Shown piece after piece: positions 30,455-40,685 of a DNA stretch of 64,000 nucleotides. This DNA is from an uncultured Solibacteraceae bacterium (GTDB taxonomy: Bacteria > Acidobacteriota > Terriglobia > 20CM-2-55-15). The position numbers and the translations under genes were made by a program. The stretch is from positions 65,877 through 129,876 of the forward strand of contig CAZPBY010000011.1 in the NCBI GenBank assembly GCA_964584785.1, in the 5' to 3' direction. Numbering within the stretch: the first letter of the stretch is position 1; every line of letters starts with the position of its first letter. The notes under the pieces are model-generated. The model had not been told where the DNA came from and ran no database searches. It was given only the letters and a program-made list of their open reading frames with translations.

Positions 30455-31858
30455 ATGTGTGGAATTTTCGGCATTGCGAACCATCCGGATGCGGCGGGAA
30501 TGACCTACCTTGGACTCTACGCGCTGCAGCACCGCGGTCAGGAGAGCTGCGGGATTTCTTCGTCCGACGGCTACGAACTTCACAAGCACACCGCGATGGG
30601 GCATGTGAACGACGTTTTTTCCGGTGATGTCCTGAAACACCTGCCGGGCGACCGCGCCATCGGCCACACGCGCTATTCGACAGCCGGCGATTCCTGCACC
30701 TACAACGCGCAGCCCATCGTCGTAAAGTGCTCGCATGGAGCGGTCGCGCTTGCTCACAACGGAAACCTGATCAATGCCCACACGCTTCGCGCGGACCTCG
30801 AGCAGGACGGCGCGATTTTTCAATCGACGAGCGACACGGAAGTCATCCTGCATTTGATCGCGCGATCCCAAACCGGCGATTTCATGGCTGCTCTCGGCGA
30901 AGCGCTGGCTCGCATTCAGGGCGCATATTCGCTGCTGATGCTGACGGACGACAAGCTGATCGGCATCCGAGATCCCAACGGCTTTCGTCCGCTGAATCTC
31001 GGCAGGCTGAACGGCTCGTATGTGCTCGCATCGGAAACTTGCGCTTTCGACCTGATCGGCGCGACGTACATTCGCGAAGTCGAAGCGGGCGAGATCGTCG
31101 TCATTCGTGGAACCGAGCTCCAATCCGTGAAACTGCCCCACGCGCGGCGGCTCGCGAAGTGCATCTTCGAGCACGTTTATTTTTCGCGGCCCGACAGCAT
31201 CGTTTTCGGCCGGACCGTCCAACAGAGCCGTGATCGGATGGGGCGCATTCTGGCGCAGGAGAGTCCGGTCGAAGCGGATCTGATTGTGCCTATTCCCGAC
31301 TCCGGAGTTGCCGCCGCCGTCGGTTATGCACAGGAGAGCGGCATTCCGTTCGCGTTTGGATTGATCCGCAATCATTACGTCGGCCGCACATTCATCGAGC
31401 CGAAGACGTCCATTCGCAACCTTGGCGTGAAGGTGAAGCTGAACCCTGTGAAAGATCTGCTTGCGGGCAAACGCGTGGTGTTGATCGACGATTCGATCGT
31501 GCGCGGCACGACGAGCCGTAAAATCGTGAAGATGGTGCGGGCCGCAGGAGCAAAAGAAGTCCACATGCGGATCAGCTGTCCGCCGACGATCTCTCCGTGT
31601 TTCTATGGAGTCGACACGCCGACGAAAAAAGAACTCATTGCCTCGAGCCACACGGTCGAGGAAATTGGAAAATATATCGAAGCGGATTCGCTGGCCTATC
31701 TCAGCATGGCCGGCATGCTCCGCGCGGTCGGCGACCAGAACGAATTCTGCACCGCGTGCTACACCGGCCAGTACCCGCTCGAATTCGCGGAGATGATGCC
31801 CGACGCCAAGGCAGACGATCGTCAGCTGGATCTGTGGGAAGCATCCCTTAAAGACTAG
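30455..31858 (+). CDS. purF: Amidophosphoribosyltransferase
   Basis: MCGIFGI N-terminal nucleophile Cys. PRTase motif VVLIDDSIVRGTT. Confidence 0.9.
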   Translation: MCGIFGIANHPDAAGMTYLGLYALQHRGQESCGISSSDGYELHKHTAMGHVNDVFSGDVLKHLPGDRAIGHTRYSTAGDSCTYNAQPIVVKCSHGAVALAHNGNLINAHTLRADLEQDGAIFQSTSDTEVILHLIARSQTGDFMAALGEALARIQGAYSLLMLTDDKLIGIRDPNGFRPLNLGRLNGSYVLASETCAFDLIGATYIREVEAGEIVVIRGTELQSVKLPHARRLAKCIFEHVYFSRPDSIVFGRTVQQSRDRMGRILAQESPVEADLIVPIPDSGVAAAVGYAQESGIPFAFGLIRNHYVGRTFIEPKTSIRNLGVKVKLNPVKDLLAGKRVVLIDDSIVRGTTSRKIVKMVRAAGAKEVHMRISCPPTISPCFYGVDTPTKKELIASSHTVEEIGKYIEADSLAYLSMAGMLRAVGDQNEFCTACYTGQYPLEFAEMMPDAKADDRQLDLWEASLKD

Positions 31859-31860
31859 AG

Positions 31861-32892
31861 ATGTCGAAAACGCCGCTCACTTACAAAGACGCCGGTGTCA
31901 ACATCGATACGTTCAATAGCGCCAGGGATCGCATTCGCGCGCTGGCTCGCTCGACCTACACGCCCGGCGTCATTTCGGACATCGGCGCATTCGGGGGCAT
32001 GTTCGAATGCGCGTTCGGCGACATCCGGCAGCCCGTTCTCGTTTCGAGCACAGACGGCGTCGGCACGAAACTCAAGATCGCGGTGATGCTGAATCGTCAC
32101 AACACGATCGGCGTGGATCTCGTGAATCACTGCGTCAACGACATTCTTGTTCAGGGAGCCCGTCCTCTGTTTTTCCTCGACTACATCGCCACGGGAAAAC
32201 TCGATCGCGACATTCTGCTGTCCGTCATTGAAGGCCTGGCGAACGCCTGCCGTGACGCCGGTTGCGCGCTGATCGGAGGAGAGACGGCCGAAATGCCGGG
32301 GTTCTACGCCGATGGCGAATACGACGTCGCGGGGTTTATCGTCGGAGTCGTGGACAAGGCGAAAGTCATCGACGGTAAATTGATCCGTCATGGAGACATC
32401 CTGATCGGACTTCCATCGTCGGGCCTCCACACCAACGGCTATTCGCTGGCTCGCAAAGTGTTTTTCGAGATCGGCGGATTGCAGGCGGATTCGCGCGTCG
32501 ACGGCCTGGACGGCACGATCGGCGAACTGCTCCTTCGCACGCACATCAACTATGAACCGGTCGTTCGCGAAGCCATCAAGAGTGGTCTTGTCGAAGGACT
32601 CGCGCATATTACCGGCGGCGGAATCACCGAGAACCTGGATCGCATCCTTCCTTCCAATTGCCAGGCCGAAGTTCAACTCGGATCGTGGCCCGTTCTTCCG
32701 CTCTGTCGCGTCATTGCGCAGATGGGAAACGTCGAGCCGATGGAAATGCTTCGCGCCACAAACATGGGAATCGGAATGATCGCCGTCGTTCATCCATCGA
32801 ATATGGATGCGTTCACCGCAACGCTGAAAACGCCCTGGTATCGAATCGGCCGGATTATCCCCGGCGAGCCCCGCGTAACCTATCGCGCATGA
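31861..32892 (+). CDS. purM: Phosphoribosylformylglycinamidine cyclo-ligase (AIR synthase)
   Basis: …YKDAGVNID… N-terminus. AIRS and AIRS_C domains. Confidence 0.9.
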   Translation: MSKTPLTYKDAGVNIDTFNSARDRIRALARSTYTPGVISDIGAFGGMFECAFGDIRQPVLVSSTDGVGTKLKIAVMLNRHNTIGVDLVNHCVNDILVQGARPLFFLDYIATGKLDRDILLSVIEGLANACRDAGCALIGGETAEMPGFYADGEYDVAGFIVGVVDKAKVIDGKLIRHGDILIGLPSSGLHTNGYSLARKVFFEIGGLQADSRVDGLDGTIGELLLRTHINYEPVVREAIKSGLVEGLAHITGGGITENLDRILPSNCQAEVQLGSWPVLPLCRVIAQMGNVEPMEMLRATNMGIGMIAVVHPSNMDAFTATLKTPWYRIGRIIPGEPRVTYRA

Positions 32893-33512
32893 TCATCCAG
32901 CCTCCGAACAGACGGCTTGGCATTTTGCTCTCCGGCCGTGGTTCGAACTTTCAGGCGATCGCGGACAACATCGCTGCCGGAAAACTGAATGCGGAAATCG
33001 CCGTCGTCATCAGCAATGTCGAGGATGCGCCGGGCCTCGCGAACGCCCGTCAACGCGGCCTGCCGGCGCTTTGCATTCCATCGAAGAAACGTCCACGCGA
33101 GGAGTTCGAAACGGACCTGGTGAGGGTCTTAAATGAACACAATGTCGGACTGGTGATCCTCGCAGGTTTCATGAGGATCCTCACCCGCGTCTTTATCGAC
33201 TCTTTCCCCTACGGTATCCTGAATATTCATCCATCGCTGCTGCCTGCGTTTCAAGGACTCGAGGTTCAGAAACAGGCACTCGAACACGGAGTGAAATTCA
33301 GCGGCTGCTCGGTTCATTTGGTGACAGGCCCGCTGGACGACGGTCCGATCGTGAATCAAGCTGTGGTACCGGTTTTCGATCACGATACGGTGGAAACGCT
33401 TTCGGAAAGAATCCTGAAGGAAGAGCACCGCATTTATTCGGAAGCGATTGAATTGGTCTTGTCGGGCCGATGTGAAGTGACCGGTCGTCGCATCAGAATG
33501 CGTATGCTGTAA
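32889..33512 (+). CDS. purN: Phosphoribosylglycinamide formyltransferase
   Basis: LGILLSGRGSNFQAI and the NIHPSLLP motif. ATGA overlap with the purM stop. The ORF-track start at 32658 is rejected. Confidence 0.85.
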   Translation: MIIQPPNRRLGILLSGRGSNFQAIADNIAAGKLNAEIAVVISNVEDAPGLANARQRGLPALCIPSKKRPREEFETDLVRVLNEHNVGLVILAGFMRILTRVFIDSFPYGILNIHPSLLPAFQGLEVQKQALEHGVKFSGCSVHLVTGPLDDGPIVNQAVVPVFDHDTVETLSERILKEEHRIYSEAIELVLSGRCEVTGRRIRMRML

Positions 33513-33516
33513 ACGG

Positions 33517-33610
33517 TCGTCACGAAGCCCGTCGCTACGCTTCGGGTTCTGCACGCGGTACCGTTCGACGACGGTGTTCAGAACCCGGAGCGAGCGACGG
33601 GCTTCGTGAC
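33517..33610. repeat. REP/MITE-like palindromic element, copy 2 (more diverged arms)
   Basis: gtcgtcacgaagcccgtcgctacgcttcgggttctgcac…gtgttcagaacccggagcgagcgacgggcttcgtgacgac. It ends 22 nt upstream of the tyrS start. Confidence 0.7.
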
Positions 33611-33631
33611 GACATTTTTCGAATACTTATT

Positions 33632-34900
33632 ATGGACTTTTGTGACGAGATCAAATGGCGGAGTCTGTGGCACACGGCTTCGGAAGGTATCGAAGAACAC
33701 TTCGCGGCGAACAAGGTCACCGCTTATATCGGCTTTGACCCCACGGCATCGAGCCTGCATGTCGGCAGTTTTCTGCCGATCATGATGCTGGTTCGCCTCC
33801 AGCGTTCGGGTCACACGCCGATCGCGATTGTGGGCGGCGGAACAGGTTTGATCGGCGATCCGTCGGGCCGGACGACCGAACGGCACCTGTTGTCGAAGGA
33901 AGCCACCGACGAAAACCTGCAGGGCATTCGCAGCCAGTTGGAGCGGTTCCTCGATTTCTCCGCCGTCTCGAATCCGGCGCAGATCATCAACAACGCCGAC
34001 TGGCTGGTGGTCACGCCGATGGTCGATTTCATGCGCGATATCGGAAAGCATTTCACCGTGAATTACATGCTGGCGAAAGACTCCGTCGACCGGCGGATCG
34101 AAAGCGAAGACGGAATTTCGTACACCGAGTTCAGCTACATGCTTCTTCAGGCCTACGACTATCTGGTCCTGGCACAGAATTACGGCTGCTCGCTGCAGAT
34201 GGGCGGCAGCGATCAGTGGGGCAACATCACAGCAGGCATGGACCTCATTCGCAAAGTCGCCGGAAAACGAGCGCACGGTCTTGTGGTTCCTCTCATCACC
34301 AATGCGGCCGGTGTGAAATTCGGCAAGACGGAGGGCGGTCCGCTGTGGCTGGATAAGAATCGAACGTCGCCGTACCGGTTGTATCAGTTCTGGCTGAACA
34401 CGTCGGATGCGGACGTCATTAAGTACCTGAAGTATTTCACGCTGCTCAGCCGCGAAGAGATTGCGCATCTCGACCGCCGTCTCGATGAGGCGCCCGAGTC
34501 TCGCGAGGCACAACGCCGGCTGGCCGAGGAGTGCACGCGTATGGTGCACGACGAGTCCGCGCTTGCGGCCGCCGTGCGCGCATCGAACGCGCTTTTTGGC
34601 GAGGATGTCTCGAGCTTGCCGGCGTCGGACATCGCGGACATTTTTGCGGAGGTTCCGTCGAAGACCGTCACCCATGATCGGCTGGGCGCCGGGATTGGCG
34701 TCGTGGATTTGATCGTCGAGTCCGGAGTGTGCCCCTCGAAAAGCGAAGCCCGCCGCCTGCTGGACAGCGGCGGCTTCTATCTGAATAACGTTCGTGTCAA
34801 GGATCCCCGCTTGATTGTTGACGCGAGCCATGCCATCGAAGGCACATTCATCGTGCTCCGAAAAGGAGCCAAGACCTACGTTTTGATCAAAGTGGAATAG
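33632..34900 (+). CDS. tyrS: Tyrosine--tRNA ligase
   Basis: Class I motifs (…LHVGSFLP… ; KFGKTEGG KMSKS-like). C-terminal S4 domain. Confidence 0.9.
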   Translation: MDFCDEIKWRSLWHTASEGIEEHFAANKVTAYIGFDPTASSLHVGSFLPIMMLVRLQRSGHTPIAIVGGGTGLIGDPSGRTTERHLLSKEATDENLQGIRSQLERFLDFSAVSNPAQIINNADWLVVTPMVDFMRDIGKHFTVNYMLAKDSVDRRIESEDGISYTEFSYMLLQAYDYLVLAQNYGCSLQMGGSDQWGNITAGMDLIRKVAGKRAHGLVVPLITNAAGVKFGKTEGGPLWLDKNRTSPYRLYQFWLNTSDADVIKYLKYFTLLSREEIAHLDRRLDEAPESREAQRRLAEECTRMVHDESALAAAVRASNALFGEDVSSLPASDIADIFAEVPSKTVTHDRLGAGIGVVDLIVESGVCPSKSEARRLLDSGGFYLNNVRVKDPRLIVDASHAIEGTFIVLRKGAKTYVLIKVE

Positions 34901-37283
34901 GGCGCAGCACAGTACCCGCCCTGCACAGTTCTTCTACCGCGCGGCGCACGTGGTCGGCGATCTCCTCGTGGCTCTCCGTCGTGAACACCAGCGCGCTGCC
35001 AATTGCCACGCGGACGGGGCCGCGTTTGGGCCAGCTATCCCGGATCGAATACAACTGATACAAACCTTCGATGCAGACTGGTACGATGGGGACGCGGAAC
35101 TGCATCGCCATCACGCCGATTCCAGGTCGAAACGGATGCAGCGCGCCATCGCGGGTTCGTGCTCCTTCCGGAAACACCAGCGGACAGTATCCGCGCTTGA
35201 CCAGTTCGCCGGTGTAGTTGAGTGCCCGTCGCGCGCCGGACATTTCCTGCGGCAACGGATATGCATTGAACAGGACCGATGCCAGGAAGTACTCGAACCG
35301 CGAAACGCTTTGCCTCATCGCAGGCGCAAGACGCATCCGCCACGAAAAAGGAAGCGCTGCGAACACAGCCGGTGTATCGAGATGACTCGTGTGGTTTGCT
35401 GCAAAGATGACCTGCGGCGGAAGATCCTGAAGATTCTCGAGCCCGGTGACGGTCAACGGCAGGTAATGTTTGAACAGCGGAATGGAAGCGAGATGTTGAA
35501 ACGCCGTCCGAAACCATCGAACTGGAAAAAAACGAGGCCATCGAGGCGGCATAGCCACACTCTGCGCTCGCGGGGCGGCCGGTCCCCCCTGACGTTGCGT
35601 CGCACGGTGGATCCATTCGTCCAGCTCTCGCGAGTTTTTCAAATTCGAAAACTCTTCCTCATTGAATTCGATCTGATACCTGCATTCCAATTCCGCCAGC
35701 AACTCCACGCGCTCGAGTGACGACATGGCCGCAAGATCAACTTTGTTCTGCGGTGCGTCCGCCGCCGCAGCGGTCCCTGCCACGATTCGCGCTGCGATTT
35801 CGCCGCGCTTTACTTTCATGGTCGACGGGGTGCGTGGAAAGTCCGGGTCGGGCCAGACGGACCATCCCTTGATCCGCTGGTGCGCCTCGAGCTTTTCATT
35901 GGCCCGCGCGACAATCGACTGCACATCCGCAGCGGTGTCATTCAAGATGATCGCGGCGTGAACCTGTTCGCTGCCGTTGGACGGTATCCCGATAACAGCG
36001 CTTCCCTGAATTTGCGGAAACGCGCCAAGCACTGCTTCGATGTCTTGAGGGAAAACGTTGAGTCCTTCAGCCGTGACGATGACGTCCTTCTTTCTTCCGC
36101 GATAATACAGACGGCCGTCGGCGTCGATGTTACCGAGGTCGCCGGTGTGAAGCCATCCGCCATCGTCCGTGGTCACGCTTTCGCCCCGAACCAGAATCTC
36201 GCCATCCGGAGCGATCATCACGTCCTGTCCCGGAACAACCTTGCCGAGCGATCCGCGCTTCGCGTTGAACGGATGATTCACGGCCACAACAGGGCTCGCC
36301 TCCGTCAAACCGTATCCCTGCACGACGAGGAATCCTCGCCGTCCCCAGAATTCTTCAAGCTCCGGGTCCACTCGGGCGCCGCCCACGACGAACGCCCAGA
36401 ACTTCCAGCCGAAAGCGTGGTGAACTTTGCGGCTCCGCCAAATGCGCATCACGACGGAACGCGGCGCGTTCGTCAACTTGAATCGGCGTGCGACTTCGTT
36501 CTTCAGGTTGTCGAGAATTTTCGGTACCGTCACCACGGCCGTGATTCGATGTTCTCGAACGATCTCCATCAGTTTTCCCGAATGCAGCTCCGGCGTGAAA
36601 GCCGCGGCGCCGCCAAGCAGCACAGGAATGAAGATGCCGAGCGATTGTCCGAACATATGGCTGAGCGGCAGCAGGTCGAGCAGGCGCACGGGCCGAAACG
36701 GCAACGACCACTGTTTGTACTTGTCGATCTCGGACTTGAAAGGGCGAAGGTTCGCGCAAATGTTGCGGTGGCGATGAACGACGCCCTTCGGTTCGCCCGT
36801 TGTTCCCGACGTGTAGACGATTTCGACGACATCGTCCGGTCGGGCGTCCGTCATCTGAAAGGATGGTTTGCGGGGGAGAGCCGCGATGAGATCCAACACG
36901 GCCGTATCCACAACCAGCCTGGGCCGTGATTCCGAGCGGATCCGCTGCACCAGCTCTGTCGAAAACCGGAAGTCCACAGGAACGGCTTCAACGCCGCGCG
37001 CCACGCATGCCCAGAAGACCGCGACCCATTCCGCTCTGTTCTCCGCCCAGATCAGGATGCGGTCGCCCTTGCGAACCTCGTTGGCATCGAAGTAGGAGAG
37101 GGCCGCACCGATGAGGCCGTAGAGGTCCGCGTAGCTTGAAACGATGGTGCGGAAGCCGTTGGTCCAGCGAACGGCTTCCCGGCTGCGAAGCCGCGAGATT
37201 TCAGGCAAAAGATCCTGCAAGGTCCGCATATCCAACTCGCCATCAGCCGGACAATCGGGTGAACTCGCGAGAGAGTTGCGCAC
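34887..37283 (-). CDS. Tri-domain fusion: AMP-dependent acyl synthetase/ligase, carrier-protein-like segment, and 1-acyl-sn-glycerol-3-phosphate (lysophospholipid) acyltransferase (Aas-like, inverted domain order)
   Basis: AMP-binding motif IVYTSGTTGEPKGVVHRH. Mid segment DLAAMSSLERVELLAELE (PP-binding-like). C-terminal HX4D acyltransferase motif FAANHTSHLDTP. Confidence 0.7.
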   Translation of the reverse strand: MRNSLASSPDCPADGELDMRTLQDLLPEISRLRSREAVRWTNGFRTIVSSYADLYGLIGAALSYFDANEVRKGDRILIWAENRAEWVAVFWACVARGVEAVPVDFRFSTELVQRIRSESRPRLVVDTAVLDLIAALPRKPSFQMTDARPDDVVEIVYTSGTTGEPKGVVHRHRNICANLRPFKSEIDKYKQWSLPFRPVRLLDLLPLSHMFGQSLGIFIPVLLGGAAAFTPELHSGKLMEIVREHRITAVVTVPKILDNLKNEVARRFKLTNAPRSVVMRIWRSRKVHHAFGWKFWAFVVGGARVDPELEEFWGRRGFLVVQGYGLTEASPVVAVNHPFNAKRGSLGKVVPGQDVMIAPDGEILVRGESVTTDDGGWLHTGDLGNIDADGRLYYRGRKKDVIVTAEGLNVFPQDIEAVLGAFPQIQGSAVIGIPSNGSEQVHAAIILNDTAADVQSIVARANEKLEAHQRIKGWSVWPDPDFPRTPSTMKVKRGEIAARIVAGTAAAADAPQNKVDLAAMSSLERVELLAELECRYQIEFNEEEFSNLKNSRELDEWIHRATQRQGGPAAPRAQSVAMPPRWPRFFPVRWFRTAFQHLASIPLFKHYLPLTVTGLENLQDLPPQVIFAANHTSHLDTPAVFAALPFSWRMRLAPAMRQSVSRFEYFLASVLFNAYPLPQEMSGARRALNYTGELVKRGYCPLVFPEGARTRDGALHPFRPGIGVMAMQFRVPIVPVCIEGLYQLYSIRDSWPKRGPVRVAIGSALVFTTESHEEIADHVRRAVEELCRAGTVLRPIPL

Positions 37284-38583
37284 TCACCTCCACTCGATAC
37301 GGCTCGGCGGCGTTCAGCGACAACAACGATTCCGGCAACCGTGCGAGTTCGGTTTTGCATCGGGCGCGACACGCGTCGAGCGATTCCACTGGGCCCACGC
37401 GGCGTCCGCCTTCCATCACTTTCACCAGGAGGGGACGGCCGTCGATCTTTTCGTCCGATCGGGCGAGCACATCGCGCGATAATCGCGCGTGTTGGGTTTC
37501 ACGAAAAACCTGCTTTCTGCCGGGGAGCGTGGTTTTCTGCGGAGCCAGTTTTACACGCGGCTTGCCGGCATACTCCACCAGCTTGTAAGCGGTATCGAGA
37601 AATGGCGCATCCGCGGACGTTCCCATCAACGTGCCGACGCCAAAACCGTCGATCGGCGCGCCGCCGCGCACCAGTTCGTCGACGGCGTTTTCGTCGAGAC
37701 TGCTGCTCACGAATATCTTCACATGGGGCAAATTGGCGCGATTCAAAAGCTCGCGGCTCCGGTGCGACAGCACGCCAAGGTCGCCGGAATCCAGCCGGAT
37801 GCCCGAGATGCGAAACCGTGAGCCCATTTCGCGGGCAAGCTGAATCAACTTTTCGACGCCCTTCAGCGTGTCGTACGTATCGACCAGGATGATCGCGTCC
37901 GAATGGGTTGTGATGAAGTGTCGAAACGCATCGGATTCGTCATCGAAAGCCTGGATGTAACTGTGGGCCATCGTGCCGGCCACCGGAATGCCGAACAACT
38001 TCGCCGCGAGCACATTGGACGTCCCGTCGATGCCGGCAATATAAAACGCGCGGGACGCCTTGATGCCGGCGTCCGCGCCATGCATCCGCCGAAGACCGAA
38101 GTCGACTACAGACCGGCCCTGCGCCGCATGAATCACGCGAGCGGCCTTTGAAGCCGCCATCGTGCCGAGTTGAATCTGATTCATCACAAGTGTTTCGACG
38201 ATCTGAGCTTGCGGAAGAGGAGCGATGATTTCGACGAGGGGCTCATTCCCAAAAGCAATAGTTCCTTCAGGCATTGCATAAACGTCGCCCGTGAAGCAAA
38301 GCCCGGAGAGACTATCGAGAAAACCCTCCGAGAATTTTCCCAACGAACGGAGGTAGTCGATGGCGTCCTGCGAAAAGGAAAAGGTTTCCAGCATTCCCAG
38401 GACGTGTTCGAGACCGCACGCCACCAGGTAATTCCGGTTGCGCGGCACTCTTCTCACAAAGAGATCGAAGACCGCTGTGCCGTTCATGCCCGCCTGAAAA
38501 TAGGACTCGAGCATGGTCAGTTCGTAAAAGTCCGTCAGCAGCGCGGCGTTTGTGTCGTCAACCCAGGGCGAGGTCATAAACAT
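37243..38583 (-). CDS. pncB: Nicotinate phosphoribosyltransferase
   Basis: N-terminus …LLTDFYELTMLESYF… and overall NAPRTase architecture. Confidence 0.8.
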   Translation of the reverse strand: MFMTSPWVDDTNAALLTDFYELTMLESYFQAGMNGTAVFDLFVRRVPRNRNYLVACGLEHVLGMLETFSFSQDAIDYLRSLGKFSEGFLDSLSGLCFTGDVYAMPEGTIAFGNEPLVEIIAPLPQAQIVETLVMNQIQLGTMAASKAARVIHAAQGRSVVDFGLRRMHGADAGIKASRAFYIAGIDGTSNVLAAKLFGIPVAGTMAHSYIQAFDDESDAFRHFITTHSDAIILVDTYDTLKGVEKLIQLAREMGSRFRISGIRLDSGDLGVLSHRSRELLNRANLPHVKIFVSSSLDENAVDELVRGGAPIDGFGVGTLMGTSADAPFLDTAYKLVEYAGKPRVKLAPQKTTLPGRKQVFRETQHARLSRDVLARSDEKIDGRPLLVKVMEGGRRVGPVESLDACRARCKTELARLPESLLSLNAAEPYRVEVSAQLSREFTRLSG

Positions 38584-38607
38584 TGAGAATTATCACGCAG
38601 CCGGTGT

Positions 38608-40281
38608 TTGAGGACCAGCGGTGAACAGTCACGGCTTGCCAAGCGGTGCGTCTCGCATCAGAATCTCGGTGTGACGTCACTCAAAGCGATCATCGGCCTT
38701 CTCGCGCTTGCAGCGGCTCTGGCCGCTCCTTCCATCGAACAAACATCTCAGGGTACACGACCAGCGGCCAGGATCGTGGCCAGCTTTAATGGTCTTGGCC
38801 TCGGCTTTGAGGGTCCGCAGGGCAGCGCGACATTCCGCAATCCGTCGGACAACAGCCTCGCGGTCGGTCCTGATCACGTTTTTCAAATCGTCAATTCACG
38901 AATGGCGATTTACAGCAAGGACGGCAAGCCGCTTTACGGTCCGGTCTTGACGAACACCGTGTTCAAGGGTTTTGGCGGCGCATGCGAAGCCAACAACAAC
39001 GGAGACGCGGTTGTGCGATACGACCAACTCGCCGAGCGATGGCTTGTGGTGATGCCGATATTCCGCCGCGCTGCTGTGCGTCCGGATCAACCGCGGCCCG
39101 GTAAATCCGGTGAGCCCGCCCAGGTCAGTGTACCCGGAAGACCCGGTCAGCCTGGCGCTTCCGCAAAGCTCTTCGTTCCGCCGCCCAGTACGCCGCCGCC
39201 ACCCGGTCCGCCGCCACAGCGCGGACAGGCGGCTCCGCGCGGAGAGCCGGGTCCGCAAGGCTCGTATTCGATGTGTTACGCCATCAGCGCGACGCGCGAT
39301 CCGTTGGGCGCGTACTATCGCTACGAATTCCTTCGACCGCTCTTTCCGGACTATCCACGCCCTGCAGTCTGGTCCGACGGATACTACGTTCCGACGAGCA
39401 CCGGCGACGATGTCATCCAGAAGCATGCGTGTGTCGTCGAGCGCGACAAGATGCTGAAAGGCGAACCCGCAAGCGAACAATGCGTGATCGTCGATGACGT
39501 CAATTTTCTCAACAACGCCGACATCGACGGGAGGGCCCTGCCGCCGGCCGGTGCGCCGAACATCATGATCGCGGCCGGCGGCACTCAACTGAAAAAGGTG
39601 CTGGAGGACGACGGCATCTTCGTCTGGAAATTTCATGTCGACTGGAAGAACCCCGCGAACACGAAGGTCACAGGCCCGGAGAAGATCGCGGTCGCGCCAT
39701 ATCATTACCTCTGTGACGGGCAGTTGACGAACTGCGTGCCGCAGCCCGGAACGCAGTCGCGCCTGGACGCTCAAGGCGACAAGATCATGGCGCGGCTGGT
39801 GTACCGCAAGGTTGGCAATCGCGAATCGGTTGTGGCCGTGCATTCGGTGAACACGTCGGTGGGCGGGGGAGGCGTCCGGTGGTATGAGTTTCGCGTCGAT
39901 AATAAAACTCGCAGCGTGTCTTTGCACCAGCAGGGCACGTATGCGCCGGATGGCTTGTACCGCTGGATGGCGAGCCCCGCGATCGACAAATTCGGCAACA
40001 TCGGCATCGGCTACTCGTTCGGCGGCATACCGCATTTCGCCGGACAACGGTTCGCCGGCCGGTTGGTTAACGATCCGCCGGGTCAATTGACATTAAGTGA
40101 AGCTGTACTCGTCGAAGGGGAAGGCGTGCAGAACGCGATGCGATGGGAGGACTACGCGCAGACGGCGATCGATCCCGTGGACGATTGCACCGTCTGGTAC
40201 GTTGGGGACTACATCAAGAAAGGTGAGACGAGTTACTCGTCGAGGATAGGCGCTTTCCGAATGCCCGGTTGTTCACAATAG
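38608..40281 (+). CDS. Exported hypothetical protein with a collagen-like G-X-Y/Pro-rich insert
   Basis: Signal peptide (VTSLKAIIGLLALAAALAAPS; probable GTG start at 38668). GKSGEPAQVSVPGRPGQPG and PPPSTPPPPGPPPQRG stretches. No family recognised. Confidence 0.5.
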   Translation: MRTSGEQSRLAKRCVSHQNLGVTSLKAIIGLLALAAALAAPSIEQTSQGTRPAARIVASFNGLGLGFEGPQGSATFRNPSDNSLAVGPDHVFQIVNSRMAIYSKDGKPLYGPVLTNTVFKGFGGACEANNNGDAVVRYDQLAERWLVVMPIFRRAAVRPDQPRPGKSGEPAQVSVPGRPGQPGASAKLFVPPPSTPPPPGPPPQRGQAAPRGEPGPQGSYSMCYAISATRDPLGAYYRYEFLRPLFPDYPRPAVWSDGYYVPTSTGDDVIQKHACVVERDKMLKGEPASEQCVIVDDVNFLNNADIDGRALPPAGAPNIMIAAGGTQLKKVLEDDGIFVWKFHVDWKNPANTKVTGPEKIAVAPYHYLCDGQLTNCVPQPGTQSRLDAQGDKIMARLVYRKVGNRESVVAVHSVNTSVGGGGVRWYEFRVDNKTRSVSLHQQGTYAPDGLYRWMASPAIDKFGNIGIGYSFGGIPHFAGQRFAGRLVNDPPGQLTLSEAVLVEGEGVQNAMRWEDYAQTAIDPVDDCTVWYVGDYIKKGETSYSSRIGAFRMPGCSQ

Positions 40282-40309
40282 ACTTTTATAAAGACAACGA
40301 GGATAAACA

Positions 40310-40561
40310 ATGAGCACACCTGAACCGACAAAAGAGGAATTGCTAGCGCGGATCGCGGAACTCGAGAAGCAGAGCGGCACCAAACGGAGCGGAAGGCTGG
40401 ACTTCAAGGTCAGCGAAAAAGGAGGAGTCAGCGTTTACGGCCTGGGCCGTTTTCCAGTCACGCTGTATTACGAGCAGTGGATGCGCCTTCTCGGAGCTAG
40501 CGAGGAGCTTAAAGGATTCATCGAAGAGAATAAGAGCAAACTGAAGCTCAAGGGCGAGTAG
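40310..40561 (+). CDS. Small hypothetical protein (83 aa) with N-terminal coiled-coil
   Basis: Good RBS. EELLARIAELEKQ heptad-like start. Tandem with the exported protein upstream. Confidence 0.4.
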   Translation: MSTPEPTKEELLARIAELEKQSGTKRSGRLDFKVSEKGGVSVYGLGRFPVTLYYEQWMRLLGASEELKGFIEENKSKLKLKGE

Positions 40562-40567
40562 GGGTGA

Positions 40568-40673
40568 ACGTCACGAAGCCCGTCGCTGCGCTCCGGGTTC
40601 TGCACTTTGCGGCAACCCTGCACGTTACGGTAACCCTGTCAGAACCCGGAGCGCAGCGACGGGCTATGTGACG
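40568..40673. repeat. REP/MITE-like palindromic element, copy 3 (35-nt loop)
   Basis: acgtcacgaagcccgtcgctgcgctccgggttctgcac…tgtcagaacccggagcgcagcgacgggctatgtgacg. Convergent gene context. Confidence 0.7.
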
Positions 40674-40685
40674 AACCGTGACCGG

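Noticed and set aside
30437-31651. 404-aa minus-strand ORF
   Set aside because: Antisense to purF (MCGIFGI N-terminus on the plus strand).
33578-34831. 417-aa minus-strand ORF
   Set aside because: Antisense to tyrS.
35880-36929. 349-aa plus-strand ORF
   Set aside because: Antisense to the AMP-ligase/acyltransferase fusion, whose motifs are on the minus strand.
38896-40086. 396-aa minus-strand ORF
   Set aside because: Antisense to the exported collagen-like protein. Arg-rich.
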